In this document: positions 51,521 through 64,000 of the stretch, piece by piece
How positions within the stretch are numbered: position 1 is the first letter of the stretch
How the letters are laid out: each line of letters opens with the position of its first letter
Assembly (NCBI RefSeq): GCF_009914755.1
Contig: NC_060927.1
DNA length: 64,000 nucleotides
Origin: the human T2T-CHM13v2.0 reference genome, Homo sapiens
Strand: one strand, 5' to 3'
The notes under the pieces: model-generated
The model's database searches: none
What the model saw: the letters and a program-made list of their open reading frames with translations, nothing else
Told to the model about the DNA's origin: nothing
Position numbers and translations under genes: made by a program

Positions 51521-51845
51521 ATACCCATGTTAAACTTATAATATTGGAAAAGTTTTGGGATCTTTATTATTTAAGTTTCCCCATCCCCAACCAGTTATTG
51601 CCAGAATCTTTTATACTTTTATGTATTTTGACTTTCCAAGAAGGGCATTTGTTATTCTTATTCAGAAAATTACTTTACCAGCCCCCTCTAGTTTTTCAGA
51701 AGAAGGTATGAACTTCTGTAGAATTTGGCAAAAGCAGTTTTCATTTTTAAAATGTCCTGGACTGTGCATTTAGGGAGAAACGTTATTGGTATTTTCAGCA
51801 GGGAATAGATTTAAGAATATCTGTTTTTTAGGGGCAATAAGGCTC

Positions 51846-51871
51846 TGTGTGTGTGTGTGTGTGTGTGTGTG
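51846..51871 (+). repeat. (TG)13 microsatellite
   Basis: Directly visible. Confidence 0.97.
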
Positions 51872-54067
51872 GTTTGGGAAGAAACAAGTGGGGAATTATG
51901 AAATTGAGCAAGAGATGAATAAATACAAGGAAGAGAGAAGGATTTTGTGAATAGGTTGTCCAAGCATCCCAGGCCTTGATTTATCATGCATACAACAGTC
52001 AGGGTTGTTGCTGTTGTTGTTCTAAGCCAATAGAAAAAGGACATATAAAGTTATTCTTTCAATATACTGTTGAATTTAAATAACAGATATATAATGCATG
52101 GTATATTCATTAGAGAAATTAAACTATAATTTCCATGTCTATCTCTATATTTTTATTGGAATATTTGGATTTGAAATATTTAAAATTTTTAAAGTGATCA
52201 ACAAGACTTCAGGTAAAATGAGAATGTACTGCTGTGTAAAATGTTAAATAAAAATCTCCACACAATAAATTAGAAACCTACATATATTTATATATTTTTT
52301 AATCTACAGGTTAATTCTACTTTAGGGGATGAATTGTGTAACTTATTTTACAAATATGCATGTCGTCCACTTAGAAAATGCATTGCTATAAAATCTTCAT
52401 TTATGTAAGATTTTAAATCAAAGGAACACTCTACCATATCTGGGCTTACCTTTTGGTGTTTCTACCTAAGCTCCTATTCCTATTCTGTCACCAGAAATAA
52501 GTTTCATCCATTGACACTAAAATTACTTATCTTCATTGGGTTTCTTTGTCTTACAAGGGCCAACTTACCTTCTAACTTTTGTCCCTCCAGATTAATGAGT
52601 TTTCTGGTTTTGCCAGGATGCCTTTTAACTTTCTTTCTCTAGAAGGCACTTATTTCTGGATGCTTCAATCTTACAAGTTTTTCCAAGTTGCTGCCGTGAC
52701 TTTGGCTCCCTCCCATAATTTTAGGGCTGATGTATGTGTGTTATTTTGCCCTTCATTTATATTTATCTTTACCTATTTTGTCAAATGTTTGAAAAATATA
52801 TTGGAAGCTTGTATTCATACTGCAATAGTTTTTGGACAAATTTTAACAATAATTTATGAAAACATTGTTGAATATGTTATACATATATTCAATAAGTTAC
52901 AATGCAGCTGATTTATGAACAAAAAACTTGAAGAGGCTATTTTTTATGTCTTGGATAATTTAATATTTTCAAACCATTTACATTGTTTTTATTTTGGTAT
53001 GAGTTTTTCTTCATTTTATTTTCAGATATGGAATTCTCAAAAATGTTATGTTGAAAGAATCTGAGATACAATGTATGGATTGAATATTTTATTTACACAG
53101 TATTTTGTCATAAAATTTAAACACGTAATATTGACCAGATTTTATGAATTATGATTACTCTCTCCATATGCAGTCTATGCCATTTTCCGTTGTGAAATAC
53201 TATAATTTTATATTACTGGAAATTCCTTTTACATGATTCTAGCGTTGTATATGCAGTTCTGTTCATTAAAGTGCTATTTTCATTCAACACTATTTGCAGA
53301 AAACAACAATCAAGTGTTCTTATTCTACAAATTAGATAATTATTACTTAACACTGACCTTTCTTTTCATTAAACACTTACTCATTTCGTTGATGTAAATA
53401 GCATCATGAAAATTAAAGATGCAAGTTTCTTCAAAAATTAGCTCAATGAATTAAGACTAAGTAAAACATAGTATGTCCCATCGAATTATTAAAGTTAATA
53501 TTTTCCAGTTCATAAAATTTAGTATAAATATAATTTTTCAAATTTCACCTTTTTACTAACATATTATTTGTTTTTCTTACGTATTAGTGAAGGTATAATT
53601 AAATAACAAGTCAAATCTTATTTGAGAAGTAACATAATTTTTTTAATGTATGATATTCCCAGTTTTTCACAATGGAGAATTTTTTATAGGAAGAAAAAGA
53701 GTTTAACTATTAATCCCTCATTTTTAAGTTGTTTTGTTTTTAACATATTGGTTTATCTATCAATGGCACGTTTTCTGAACAAAAACATTTTGAACCAGAT
53801 AATTTCTCCTGTTCTATTTTAATGATAACATACTTAAAAAGTACTTTGATTCAGAGAAATAGTTTATATACTGACAATGCTAGCTTTTATAAAACCTATG
53901 TGTCTATTATAATCGATCAATTCCTACGTGTTAAATGATTTCTAATTTCCATTTCTTGTAGTATGAATATTGAAAGTAATGCATATGGACTTAAAGTTCA
54001 CATTTAGTTTTCAAATGTAGTATCACAATTTCTTGTTAATCCCTTCTTTTGAATTTGTCAAGTAAAT

Positions 54068-54165
54068 GCATGTATGTATATACATCCACAGTATACCTAT
54101 ATGTGTGTGTACATACACACATACACACAGATAATATACATACACATACATACATAAATACATAA
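54068..54165 (+). repeat. Degenerate (TA/CA)n low-complexity tract
   Basis: Alternating purine-pyrimidine sequence. Confidence 0.7.
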
Positions 54166-56069
54166 CTCACAGTTCTTGGTTGTTGTATTTGTTTTTTTAG
54201 ATCCATACTCTAGCTGCCACTAGTGACCTGCAAGCTGGTTTGTACTTCACAAAGCTTCTCACCCGGCAATCATTAAACCCCAATCACATTGGGCAAGCTT
54301 CTATATTTATTAGGATGGCAAGAAGATGTATCTGAACATGTTTTTAAAGTGATCAGTATATTTCTTAGACAATTTCTATCTTCCTCAACATTTGTAGCTT
54401 GGTTAGGAATATTACTAGAATGAGACAGAAAAATTTTTATGTTTAAACACAAGCAGTGTTAAAAAGTTGCAATATTTCCCTTATTATAAAAAGGACTATA
54501 ATCAAGTATAAGTTATAAATAGTTTATATATTATAAATAACTGCACAATTAACAATTTAGATTTTATATATGTATGCATACTACAAAAACATCTGTGATA
54601 TTTAATTACACAAAAGATTTGAATAAGGTAAGAAAATATCCCATATGAAACTCCATTGAAACTAACATACAAGCAATGAACAACAAAAATTGATAAAATT
54701 GAGTTTCACATATTTATTTTGATATATTTGTAGCAAGAGAGAGTATAAAGCACTTTATAAAGTTTTTGAAATATAGTGCACATTCAAAAATAACTTTTAT
54801 CAATTACAATTATTAGTACAGATTTCATATGCATAATGAGGTGATATGTGAGGAAAGAAAAATATTAGTTTTTGCTTTAAGATTTTGTTCTGTAGTTTCT
54901 ATTGGCCAATAGGCCTGTTATATTTTTAATAATTAGCATCAAATTTAAACATTATAGTTGATTATTTTTCAAAGAACATGTGGCATTCTTATTAGGATAA
55001 ATGGAGTAATGATTTGACTAGTAAATGTTTTTTTTTTTCATTCTGTAAATAAAAAGACACAAAGTAAATTTTCACAAGCATATCTGTATAGCTTCATTCC
55101 ACCAGAGACTATATTCAAGCACAGAAGAAAAGGAGAGAATTTTTTCTCTTTTCTGTGATAATGGGAGCAATATTTATGAATAATTGCTCATGAATTAAGA
55201 TAGTTAAAACTGCCCCCAAAGACTCTTATATTAACTTTTATACTAGCATTTCTCTTCTACTCGCATCACTCTCTTTTTTCACTCATAAATTTAGAGCTAT
55301 ATACCAGTTTTTATGAAATACCATTATCAGAAATTTATCTTCCCCCAAATTTTCAACAAAGGGCAAAAATAATAACAATATCAAATTTTTATTTTACTAT
55401 TGAAGTTACCTTTCATGGGGTAAGACAAAGATCATGGATGGAAGTCTAACATCAAAGAGAGCAAACTTTTAGTAAAAGAAAATTAAAAGGCCAGATTTTC
55501 AAGAAATGGTAGCATTAAGGGTACAGATAAGGTAACCTAGATTTTAGGCACAATACTGTAGCATTTATGCACAGTACTTGAGTTTCTGGTGTTCAAAAAG
55601 TTTTTCATCACCTTTATTTTGTTTCTATATTTTTTTAGCTGATTCCAGTTTTATTTACAAAATTGAATAGCAAAGCCTAGCCACTGGAGATGATTAATAG
55701 AGTTGATAGAGTGTTGTGTACTAAGAAAAGGCACATAATGCTAGTGGTTCTATGAACAAAATACATGTCCCAAGCTTGGAGTTTCTGCTTTTCATTGTGG
55801 TGTCAAGAATAATAGTAGATATATCCTGATAGGTGATGTGTGATGTGTTAGAGTAGAATTTAGAGTGGTGTTTTGATGCCATTTCTGTTTTTGATGCAAA
55901 CTGAATTCAAGATAAATTCTAAGAGTTGGTAGGGAGGGTCTTTTTGCATATTTATTAAATAAATCAATTTTATAAAGAGGATTGTAAATTGTTTAAATTA
56001 CTCGTAGAGCTAGTTGAAGAGTGTCACACATTGGTTACAAAAATAAGCCATGGAAAAAAACATGTGGGA

Positions 56070-56240
56070 TTAAAGCCATCATCTTTCACTCACCACCAGC
56101 TTTGGTTTGACGTATGTTGATTTTAGCATCTTGAGCGTAAGTTTATTTATGGGTTCAAATAAACAACAATCTTAAATCATAGTGTTGCAGTGAGAATTAA
56201 ATGAATAACACATATAAAGTAACACTGTAAAACATTTAAT
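56070..56240 (+). mobile_element. MIR fragment
   Basis: catagtgttgcagtgagaattaaatgaataacacatataaagt. Confidence 0.6.
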
Positions 56241-56494
56241 GACTTATTTCATAAGTATTAACTAGTTTAAGTATACATAAATAATATATTCATTTTTTGG
56301 ATAAAATAATTAAAATATTGATATATGGCTACAAATTCAATGAACATATAGGTACAATTTTATTGGTTATTTACTTTATTATACCTGGCCATATTTGGAA
56401 AAAATAACTCATGACATAACAAAATTAAAATATGTTATATAACAATATGAAGGTTAAGGTAAATTAAATTTTACGCAGACTTTCTTGAGTCTTT

Positions 56495-56863
56495 CTTGCT
56501 TCCCCGCTAGTCCTGGAGAAACAAGCTGCTGTGCTGTGAACTGCTTATGGTGGACACTGTGTGTCAGGAATGTAGGCTGTCTCCAGACAATAAGGACCAC
56601 TTCTGACCAACAGCCAACAAAACACTGAATTTTTTTTTAGCAATATGAATGAATGTGGAAGTGGATTCTCCTTCTGTCAAGCCCATAGATGAGAATGCAG
56701 CCTGCCTGACAAATTTACTACAGCCTGAAGTGATGCTAAAGCAAAGAACTAAGCTAATCCATACCCAACTCTTGACCTGAAGTAACTGTGAGACAATAAA
56801 TATGTGTTGTTTTAAGCCACTAATTTTATGGCAATTTGTCATGCAACAATCAAAAATTAACAC
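56495..56863 (+). mobile_element. MLT1E/F LTR (3' part)
   Basis: gaagtggattctcc...gatgagaatgcagcc...aactgtgagacaataaatatgtgttgttttaagccactaa. Confidence 0.8.
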
Positions 56864-57299
56864 AATTCCTTTCATTTTCCACTGATTTTAACCACATTTT
56901 TAATTCTATTCTCTCTGTCTCCTAACAGCAAGCATTTCTGGACCTTCTCTTTGCATATTTGCTCTTTTCTCAGCTATTGCCTACTCCTACATAATTCTGA
57001 GGTTAAGATTTCTTTGCCCTTTTCTTTCCAATTCCAATGTGGCAGGTTAAGACCATAGCTATTTTTAACCTCTCCCATACTAATGCAACTAAATGCAATA
57101 CAACTATGGCATTAATAGTTATAGACAAACTGGTAAAAATGAGAGGATACTATTTAGAAAAGACCTCAGAATAGAAATTGTGATAACAGTAAAGCCTAGT
57201 TGAGTAGTCTTAAATAATCTATCACAATGTACATAAAATCACATCATTTTAATTTTACTTTATTGGTTGTAGAATATGCCAATATACTTTTTAAAATGT

Positions 57300-57430
57300 G
57301 ACTTCACTAAACACCTTCAAGATCATTTTAACAGTATTACTTTTTACATGAAGAAATTTAGATTCAGAAGGGCTAATATTCCCAAAGTTAAACAGCCAAT
57401 TAAATGCTACAGCTTACACTGTAATCCAGA
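57300..57430 (-). mobile_element. MIR fragment
   Basis: ttttacatgaagaaatttagattcagaaggg...cccaaagttaaacagc. Confidence 0.55.
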
Positions 57431-59091
57431 CCTATAGATGGCTATGTGTATGATTTCTTAATTAAGCCAGTAATTTTCAATCTGTACTCAGTAAATCTTC
57501 TAAATGTTAACCCTCCTTTTTCATAGTATACCACTAACAATCTAATCTTCTGAATATTTCTTTTTTTCATCAATTTTACATATTTTGATTTTGTCCTTAT
57601 CAGAATGCCATTATCATTATATAATGTTTTCAGTTGTTAAACATCTTTAAAGCCATTGTTTAATTAATGCTGATTTCATCATTTGATTATGATACAGCAG
57701 TGTTCTATAACAAATTTTATGATAGTTCATCTACATTGTAATGGTTCAGGGGCAGTGCTTGGTAGACGTAAAATAAACATAAGAGAAATGTCTCCTTTCA
57801 TTGTTCAACTGTTAGATGAATGTGTAATCTCTTTGACTTTAAGCTGGTCTAGCCTTATATTTCCCAGCTAGAAGGTAGTCAGTGTATGGAATCCTAGAAT
57901 TAACTATGACTATGAGTAATAACTATTAAGTATCATGTTTGCATATGAAGAACTTGAAGCCTAGAGAGGGAGAGATACGTTTTAGTGATACTTAACTGAA
58001 TATATAATCAGTAAAAAAAGATTTGATATTTTAGCTTTAGTATTCTTTACAATACTAATTACATAATCAAGTTTCCCAATGCAATATTCGTTTGAGAGTC
58101 TTCCTCAGGACAGATAAATTGATTACAGTACTAAGAATTAATTATTTCAACATAAAGTGGAAATAAATATTGGTTGAAAAAAGTTTAAATTCAATTCTGC
58201 CAGTTAATTGAAAGTTTTATTCTTTCATCAGGAGGCTATATCTTAGGTATAAATGAAGAAATTGATGCCATACTTGATGTTTCCAACAGCCCAGGATCCT
58301 AAAATAAACAGAAATCAGTCTTAATTATTTAATGTAGATAGTAAGATTTCTACAACATGATTAATAGGATAGAAGGAGTTGAAATCTGTGGGCTAATGTG
58401 TGACTATTATAAGTTTCAAGATAAATCTACCATACCTAAATTCAAAGGTCAGAAAGCCCCTGTCATTACTACTACTACCATTTCTCTCACTGCAGCTGCC
58501 TAAAAGCCATGAATCTGAACCAAGTCCTGGAATGTGAAGTCTGACAACCACAAAAAAACTATATCCTCGGAGCTTGCTTGCCACTCTTCGCGGCCATGGG
58601 AAGAAGCCCTCTTATCACCTCTACTTTTTATAATTCGTGCAAGTGCTTCTCATTACCAATACCTCACTTAGGTTACTTTTAGCTTCAGAGGATCTGAGAA
58701 ATGCCATTTTAAAAATACACTTGCCCTGTTGTAACAGAGAATTTAAAAGGAAAAAGGAAGAAATGTCATAAACAATAAACCGTTTTACAGATAAAAAAAT
58801 TTATCTCTACCTCAATATGGAACATGAAAAAACAGAACTATAATATAGAGAGAAAAATAATTAAAATTGTGTAAGTCTAGTTAAAGATAACTAAAATTTT
58901 ATTCCACTGGGTTGTAATTATCTAAATCCATTAACTGCAAAACAATATATCTTTCTCATTCACATGTGTAAAAAAAAGTGTCAACATACAGAAAAATTTA
59001 AAATTGCTGAATTAAACTTTATTATTATGTTTTGTATTAGTAGACTGCAAACTTATACAATTACAATTTTTAATATCAGTCTTCTTTTTTC

Positions 59092-62000
59092 TAAGATGGT
59101 GTTGGAGGCAGTGTTAGCATGTCTCTCCCACTTGGAAAGACAAAATAGTGAGTAGAGATTCATACTGTAAACTTTTTTTCCAAGAAGCAATGCAGGAACT
59201 TAATAGGAAAACTGAAAGAAATCACAGAACCTTTGAAAGAAATGACAGGCTGCATCCTACACTGTGAGCCAGGAGAAAAACTGTAAGTCTCCAGAGTGCA
59301 AGAAGGGGAGAGACTGCCTCCAGGATATGAGCCCCCATGGGAGAGCCTGGGAATCCAGCCCACAGGGGAAGGCCTTAACCCTTCTCAATGTTGGAACTCA
59401 ATGCTGAAATAGGGAGTAGTGGGGAATATAAAACTAGGGACAACAGCAGGAGGAGCACTGCATGCATCACCAGTCTCCAGCATGGACTGAGGGAAGCCAT
59501 TCCTGGTCTGCGTCCCAGGGAACCTTGTGGAAGGCTGTTAGAAACTCAGGCAGTGGTTGAACATTGAGAAAAGCTCACAACTAAAATGCACAATGTAATC
59601 TCAAGTGAGGATGAACTCCCTTGTCCAGACCTGGGGAGCATGTGGCAAGTGTGCTGCAGCCATGAGCAGAGGAGCTGTACACCTCACTGTGTGGGTAAGC
59701 AAGGAGGGTCACAGCCTAAAAGCTGGGGTTCCTGTCACCATGAGAAATGCTTATGGCCTGGGGCAGTTTTGGGTTCTGACTGTAGACTGCCTGGAATTTA
59801 GCTAACTCTTGCTAGTGAACACTCCAGATGAGAGACCTGCTTTGCCAAGTCTATGAAAGTTGGGTGAGGCTTACTTACTGTCACCTGCTACTCCCCACTC
59901 CCTGCATGAATTCTTCTGTGCAGCGGAGGCAGCTACAGTCCTCCCTGGAACATTATCACAGTGGCCAGAGAAACACCCTGTGACTCCTACAGGAGCCTCT
60001 GTTTGTCCTGCTTGTGGAAAGACAGACTTTGGACCTGCCTGACCCAACCCCACCTGGCTTTTCGCTTTCACGCATGCTGGTAGCTTAACACAATGGACAG
60101 AAATTTTGAAAACACTGTGGCATGGCCCATTGTCTGAGAAAACAGTAACTACCCTGGGTAACATAAGGCAAACACAAATCCCACCACTACTACTGCAGCT
60201 GGCACTCTTTTGCAAGTGCCACCTCCTGGCTGTGGGCCAACTGACAAGAGTCCATTGTGGAATCTACAAGTAGTATAACAGTGTGCCTAGAAGGGAGAAA
60301 ACTTATGTGCGACCATTGCCTGCACCATCCTGGCTAACCAGGAGGTCCTAAGTCTGTCCACATGACCAATTCATTACTACTGCAACTGGAAATTTGAGAA
60401 CCCTAACATGCTAAGGCTATTTATAACACTATCTCACATAGTCAGTGTTACTCTTTTGCCACCCCCATCAGAGCAGGAGATGGTACATACTTCTGGGAGC
60501 CTTGAGGACAAGTCACATTACTGGCTCCCTTACAGACATTCCCCAGCATCAGCCTGCAGCTGAACCCAGAGGAGCAACAGCATTCACAGTAGTCTGGTTT
60601 TCAGGAACTAGTACTTCCAGGGGAAGAGGGAGTGTACCACATCAAGGGAACATCCCACTGGTGGGAAGTTTCTTTCAGCAGAGGCACAGTTGCAGTGCTG
60701 GATTAAATAAATAAATAAAGTCTGCAGCTTTATCTCAACAGAGAGGCAGACGTGGTGCTCATCAAGGGTCTTGGAGAAGGGTATTCCTTTCCCCCTCATC
60801 CACCACTGCAAAAACAGCTGGGGCCTCTCCCATGGAAGCTCAGTGTGGGTGCACCTATAGACAGCCTTTCTGAAATACTTCAGGGTAAACATAATTCCTG
60901 TCTACTTGGAAGATCAACATTCCTGCAGGTGAAAAAAGAAAAAAAAGTGTCTCTGTGATCTGAATAGCCAGAACACTGTGACAAGAATGCCATCTGGGAG
61001 GTAAATCATCTTTCTGCTAGCCTGACAGAGGAGCAGAGGTGGCTTTTACTCTTCCCCTGATAAGACCTCAGTGTGTTTCACTGAAAGCTTCCAGCAACCT
61101 CTGCTTTGTCAAGGCTGTGGCCTCTGCCCACCAATGGGTATTGCATTTACCTACCTATTTTAGCCATAACTGGTTTCTACCCCAGGACATTGTCCCTGCG
61201 GGCCTGAAGTCTGAAATATTCAACTCAGTCAATAAAAGACTAAATAAATAAATAAATAAATAAATAAATTGCCCAACATGGGAGAATGAGGTAAGCTTCA
61301 GTAGACCTCTGCCATTCCAACCCCATAGGAGATAGTAAACTCTCTGACACACCAAGCACATTGCTACTACAACCAGTATCTGAGAAAGTCATCATACAAT
61401 GACTCTCTATAACCAATGACCTCATATGAAGACTTCATCCTTGAAAGCACCAAGAGCTGAATTAGGCAACCATAAACTATAAACATTAAAGTCACATATT
61501 TAATGGGGGGAAGAAGAAATTTTTAAAAAGAAGTCAAATAAAAAATAAATTCAATAATAATTAGAAGAAATAGTCTACCAAACGAGAAGAAATTAGAAAA
61601 ATAATTTTCATAATATGACAAAACAAGATTCTATAACACCCCCAAAAGATCAGATTAATCCTCCAGCAATGGATTCAAATCAAGATAAAACATTCGAAAT
61701 ACCAGATAAAAATTCAAAATGTTGACTATTAAGCTACCAAATGAGATACCAGAGAAAGGTGAAAACCAAATAAATAAATTTAAAAAACAATTCTGGATAT
61801 GAATGAAAAAATTTTTGTAAGACATAAATATTTAAAGAAAAGCCACTAAGAACTTCTTAAATGAAAGACATATTTAGGAAATTACAAAATGCCATGAAAA
61901 GTTTTAACAATAGAGTAGAAAAAGTAAAAGAAAGAATTTCTGAGCTCAAAGACAAAGCTTTTGAATCAACCCAATTAGACAAAAATAAAGAATAAAAAGA

Positions 62001-64000
62001 AACAAACAAAGTCTCCAAGAAATAAAGGATTATGTAAAGTGGCCAAACCTAAGAATAATTGATGTTCCTGAGGGAGAAGAAAAAGCAAAAAGTTTTGAAA
62101 ACTTATTTGAGGGAATAATTAAGGAAAACTTCTCTGGCCTTGCTAGACATTTACATATACAAATATAAGAAGCTCAAAGTACTCCCGGGAGATTAATCAT
62201 AAAAAAATACTTTAGCAAGGATTATAGTCATCAGTGTATCCAAAGTCAATGAGAAAAAAAGAATACTGAGAAGAGTGAGACAAAAGCACCAGGTAATCTA
62301 TAAAGGAAAACCTATCAGACTAACAGCAGACTTGTTACCAAAAAACCCTGCAAGTCAGAAGAGGCTAGGTTCCTATCTTTAGCCTCCATAAACAGAATAA
62401 CTCTTAGCCAATAAGACATGAAGGAAAAATAGAGTCATTTTTAACAAACAAATGCTGAGGGAATTTATTACTACTAGAACAGCCCTACAGGAAATGCTAA
62501 AGAGAGTTCTAAATCCTGAAGTAAAGAGTATTCACCAATATAGACTCTCTTGAAGGCATAAAACTCACAGGGCCTAAAAAATAAAAACACAGTGAAGAAA
62601 TCAAAGTATCTGGGTAATAACTAACATAATGACTGGAACAGTTCCTAAATCTCAGTATTAATGCTGAATATGAATGGCCTAAATGCTCCAGTTAAAAGAT
62701 ACAGATTGGCAGAATGGATTAAAAAAAAAATCACGAGCCAAATATCTGCTATCTTCAAGAGACTCACCTAACATGCTAGGATTTATATAAACTCAAAATA
62801 AAGGGGTGGAGAAAGATATGCCAGGTAAATGGAAACCAGAACTATAATCTAGAACAAATGGACCTAACAGGTATTTTCAGAACATTCTACCCAAGAACTA
62901 CAGAATATACATCCTTCTCATCAGCAAATGGAACATTCTCCAAGATAGACCATACGAAAGGCCACAATACAAGTCTCAATAAATTTAAAATTATCAAAAT
63001 CATATCAAGTATCTTCTCAGACCACAGTGGAATGAAACGAGAATAAACTACAAAAGGAACCCTCAAACCTATAGAAATACATGGAAATTAAGCCACTTGC
63101 TCCTGAATGATTTTTGGGTTAATGATAAATTCAGGATCAAAATTTAAAAATTCATTGAAATGAATAACAATAGAGATACAAGCTATCACAAATTTACAAC
63201 TTAATGTCACACCTGAAGAAACTTGAGAAACAAGAACAAACTAAACCTGAAGCTAGCAGAAGGAAATAAATAACAAAGAGCAGAAATAAATTGAAACAAA
63301 AAAGTAGAAAAAGCAATGAAACAAAACTTGGTTTTTTGAAAAGACAGACAAAATTGTTAGACAATTAGCTAGATTAACCAAGAAAAGAAGAGAAGATTCA
63401 AATAAATTCAATTATAAATGAAACTAGAGACATTACAGTTTATGGTACAGAAATGCAAAAGATTATTTGAGACTACTATGAACACCTCTATGCATGCAAA
63501 CTAGAAAATCTAGAGGAAATGGATAAATTCCTGCAAACATGCAACCCTCCTGGATGAAGTCAGAAATAAATAGAAACTGTGAACAGATGAATAACATGCA
63601 GTGAGATTGAATCAGTAATTTAAAAATTGCCAAGGAAAACAAAAATCCTAGGGCCAGATGGATTCAGAGGTGAATTCTACCAGAGATTAAAAGAAGAATT
63701 TGTGCTGCTCCTAACTGAAACTATTTGAGAAGATTCAGAAAAAGGGAATCCTTCCCAACTCAATTTATAAAGCCAGTATCACCCTTATACCAAAACCAGG
63801 AAACGACATCATAACAACAAAAAAACTACAGACCAATATGCCTGATGAACATAGATGCAAAATTCCTCAACAAAATTCCAGCAGCAGCTCAAAAAGGTAA
63901 TATATCATGATCAAGTGGGTTTTATCCAAGGACAGCAGGGATGGCTTAACATGTGCAAATCAATAAATGTGTTATATCACATAAACAGAATTTAAAACAA
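59092..64000 (+). mobile_element. L1PB/L1MA-type LINE-1 from its 5' end (long 5'UTR ~59.1-61.5 kb, ORF1 ~61.6-62.6 kb, ORF2 from ~62.6 kb), continuing beyond the window
   Basis: aagatgg start; GC-richer 5'UTR; ORF1 text aatatgacaaaacaagattctataacacccccaaaagatc; endonuclease peptide 62858-63046 (TFSKIDH...FSDHSGMK); many stops. Confidence 0.9.
61241..61268 (+). repeat. (TAAA)n microsatellite within the L1 5'UTR
   Basis: Directly visible. Confidence 0.9.

Noticed and set aside
52440-53030. Several good-looking splice sites on both strands
   Set aside because: They do not pair into a consistent exon with an open frame and are expected by chance in T-rich DNA.
59100-61400. Host promoter or CpG island
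   Set aside because: It is the CpG-depleted 5'UTR of the L1PB-type element.

Overview
This is AT-rich primate (human-like) non-coding genomic DNA, mostly interspersed repeats; I found no convincing host protein-coding exon or RNA gene. It contains ten Alus and several LINE-1s: a twin-primed, 5'-inverted L1PA, a near-full-length old L1MC, an L1PB-type element running off the right end, and older fragments. LTR elements include two complete THE1 (MaLR) elements, a 5'-truncated HERV-H, a MER9 solo LTR and MLT1/MLT2 LTRs. There is also a nested ERV1 pile in which MER57 sits inside MER50, inside an ERV1 internal region. DNA-transposon MITEs, MIR/L2 relics and microsatellites make up the rest. The ORFs supplied are repeat-derived or look like chance ORFs. 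I did not find a new biological system. The best leads are rearrangement scars (the L1 inversion without a TSD, the HERV-H breakpoint) and a possible unannotated minus-strand transcript end near 48.3-49.7 kb. Subfamily names come from recalled consensus sequences and need RepeatMasker/Dfam confirmation.
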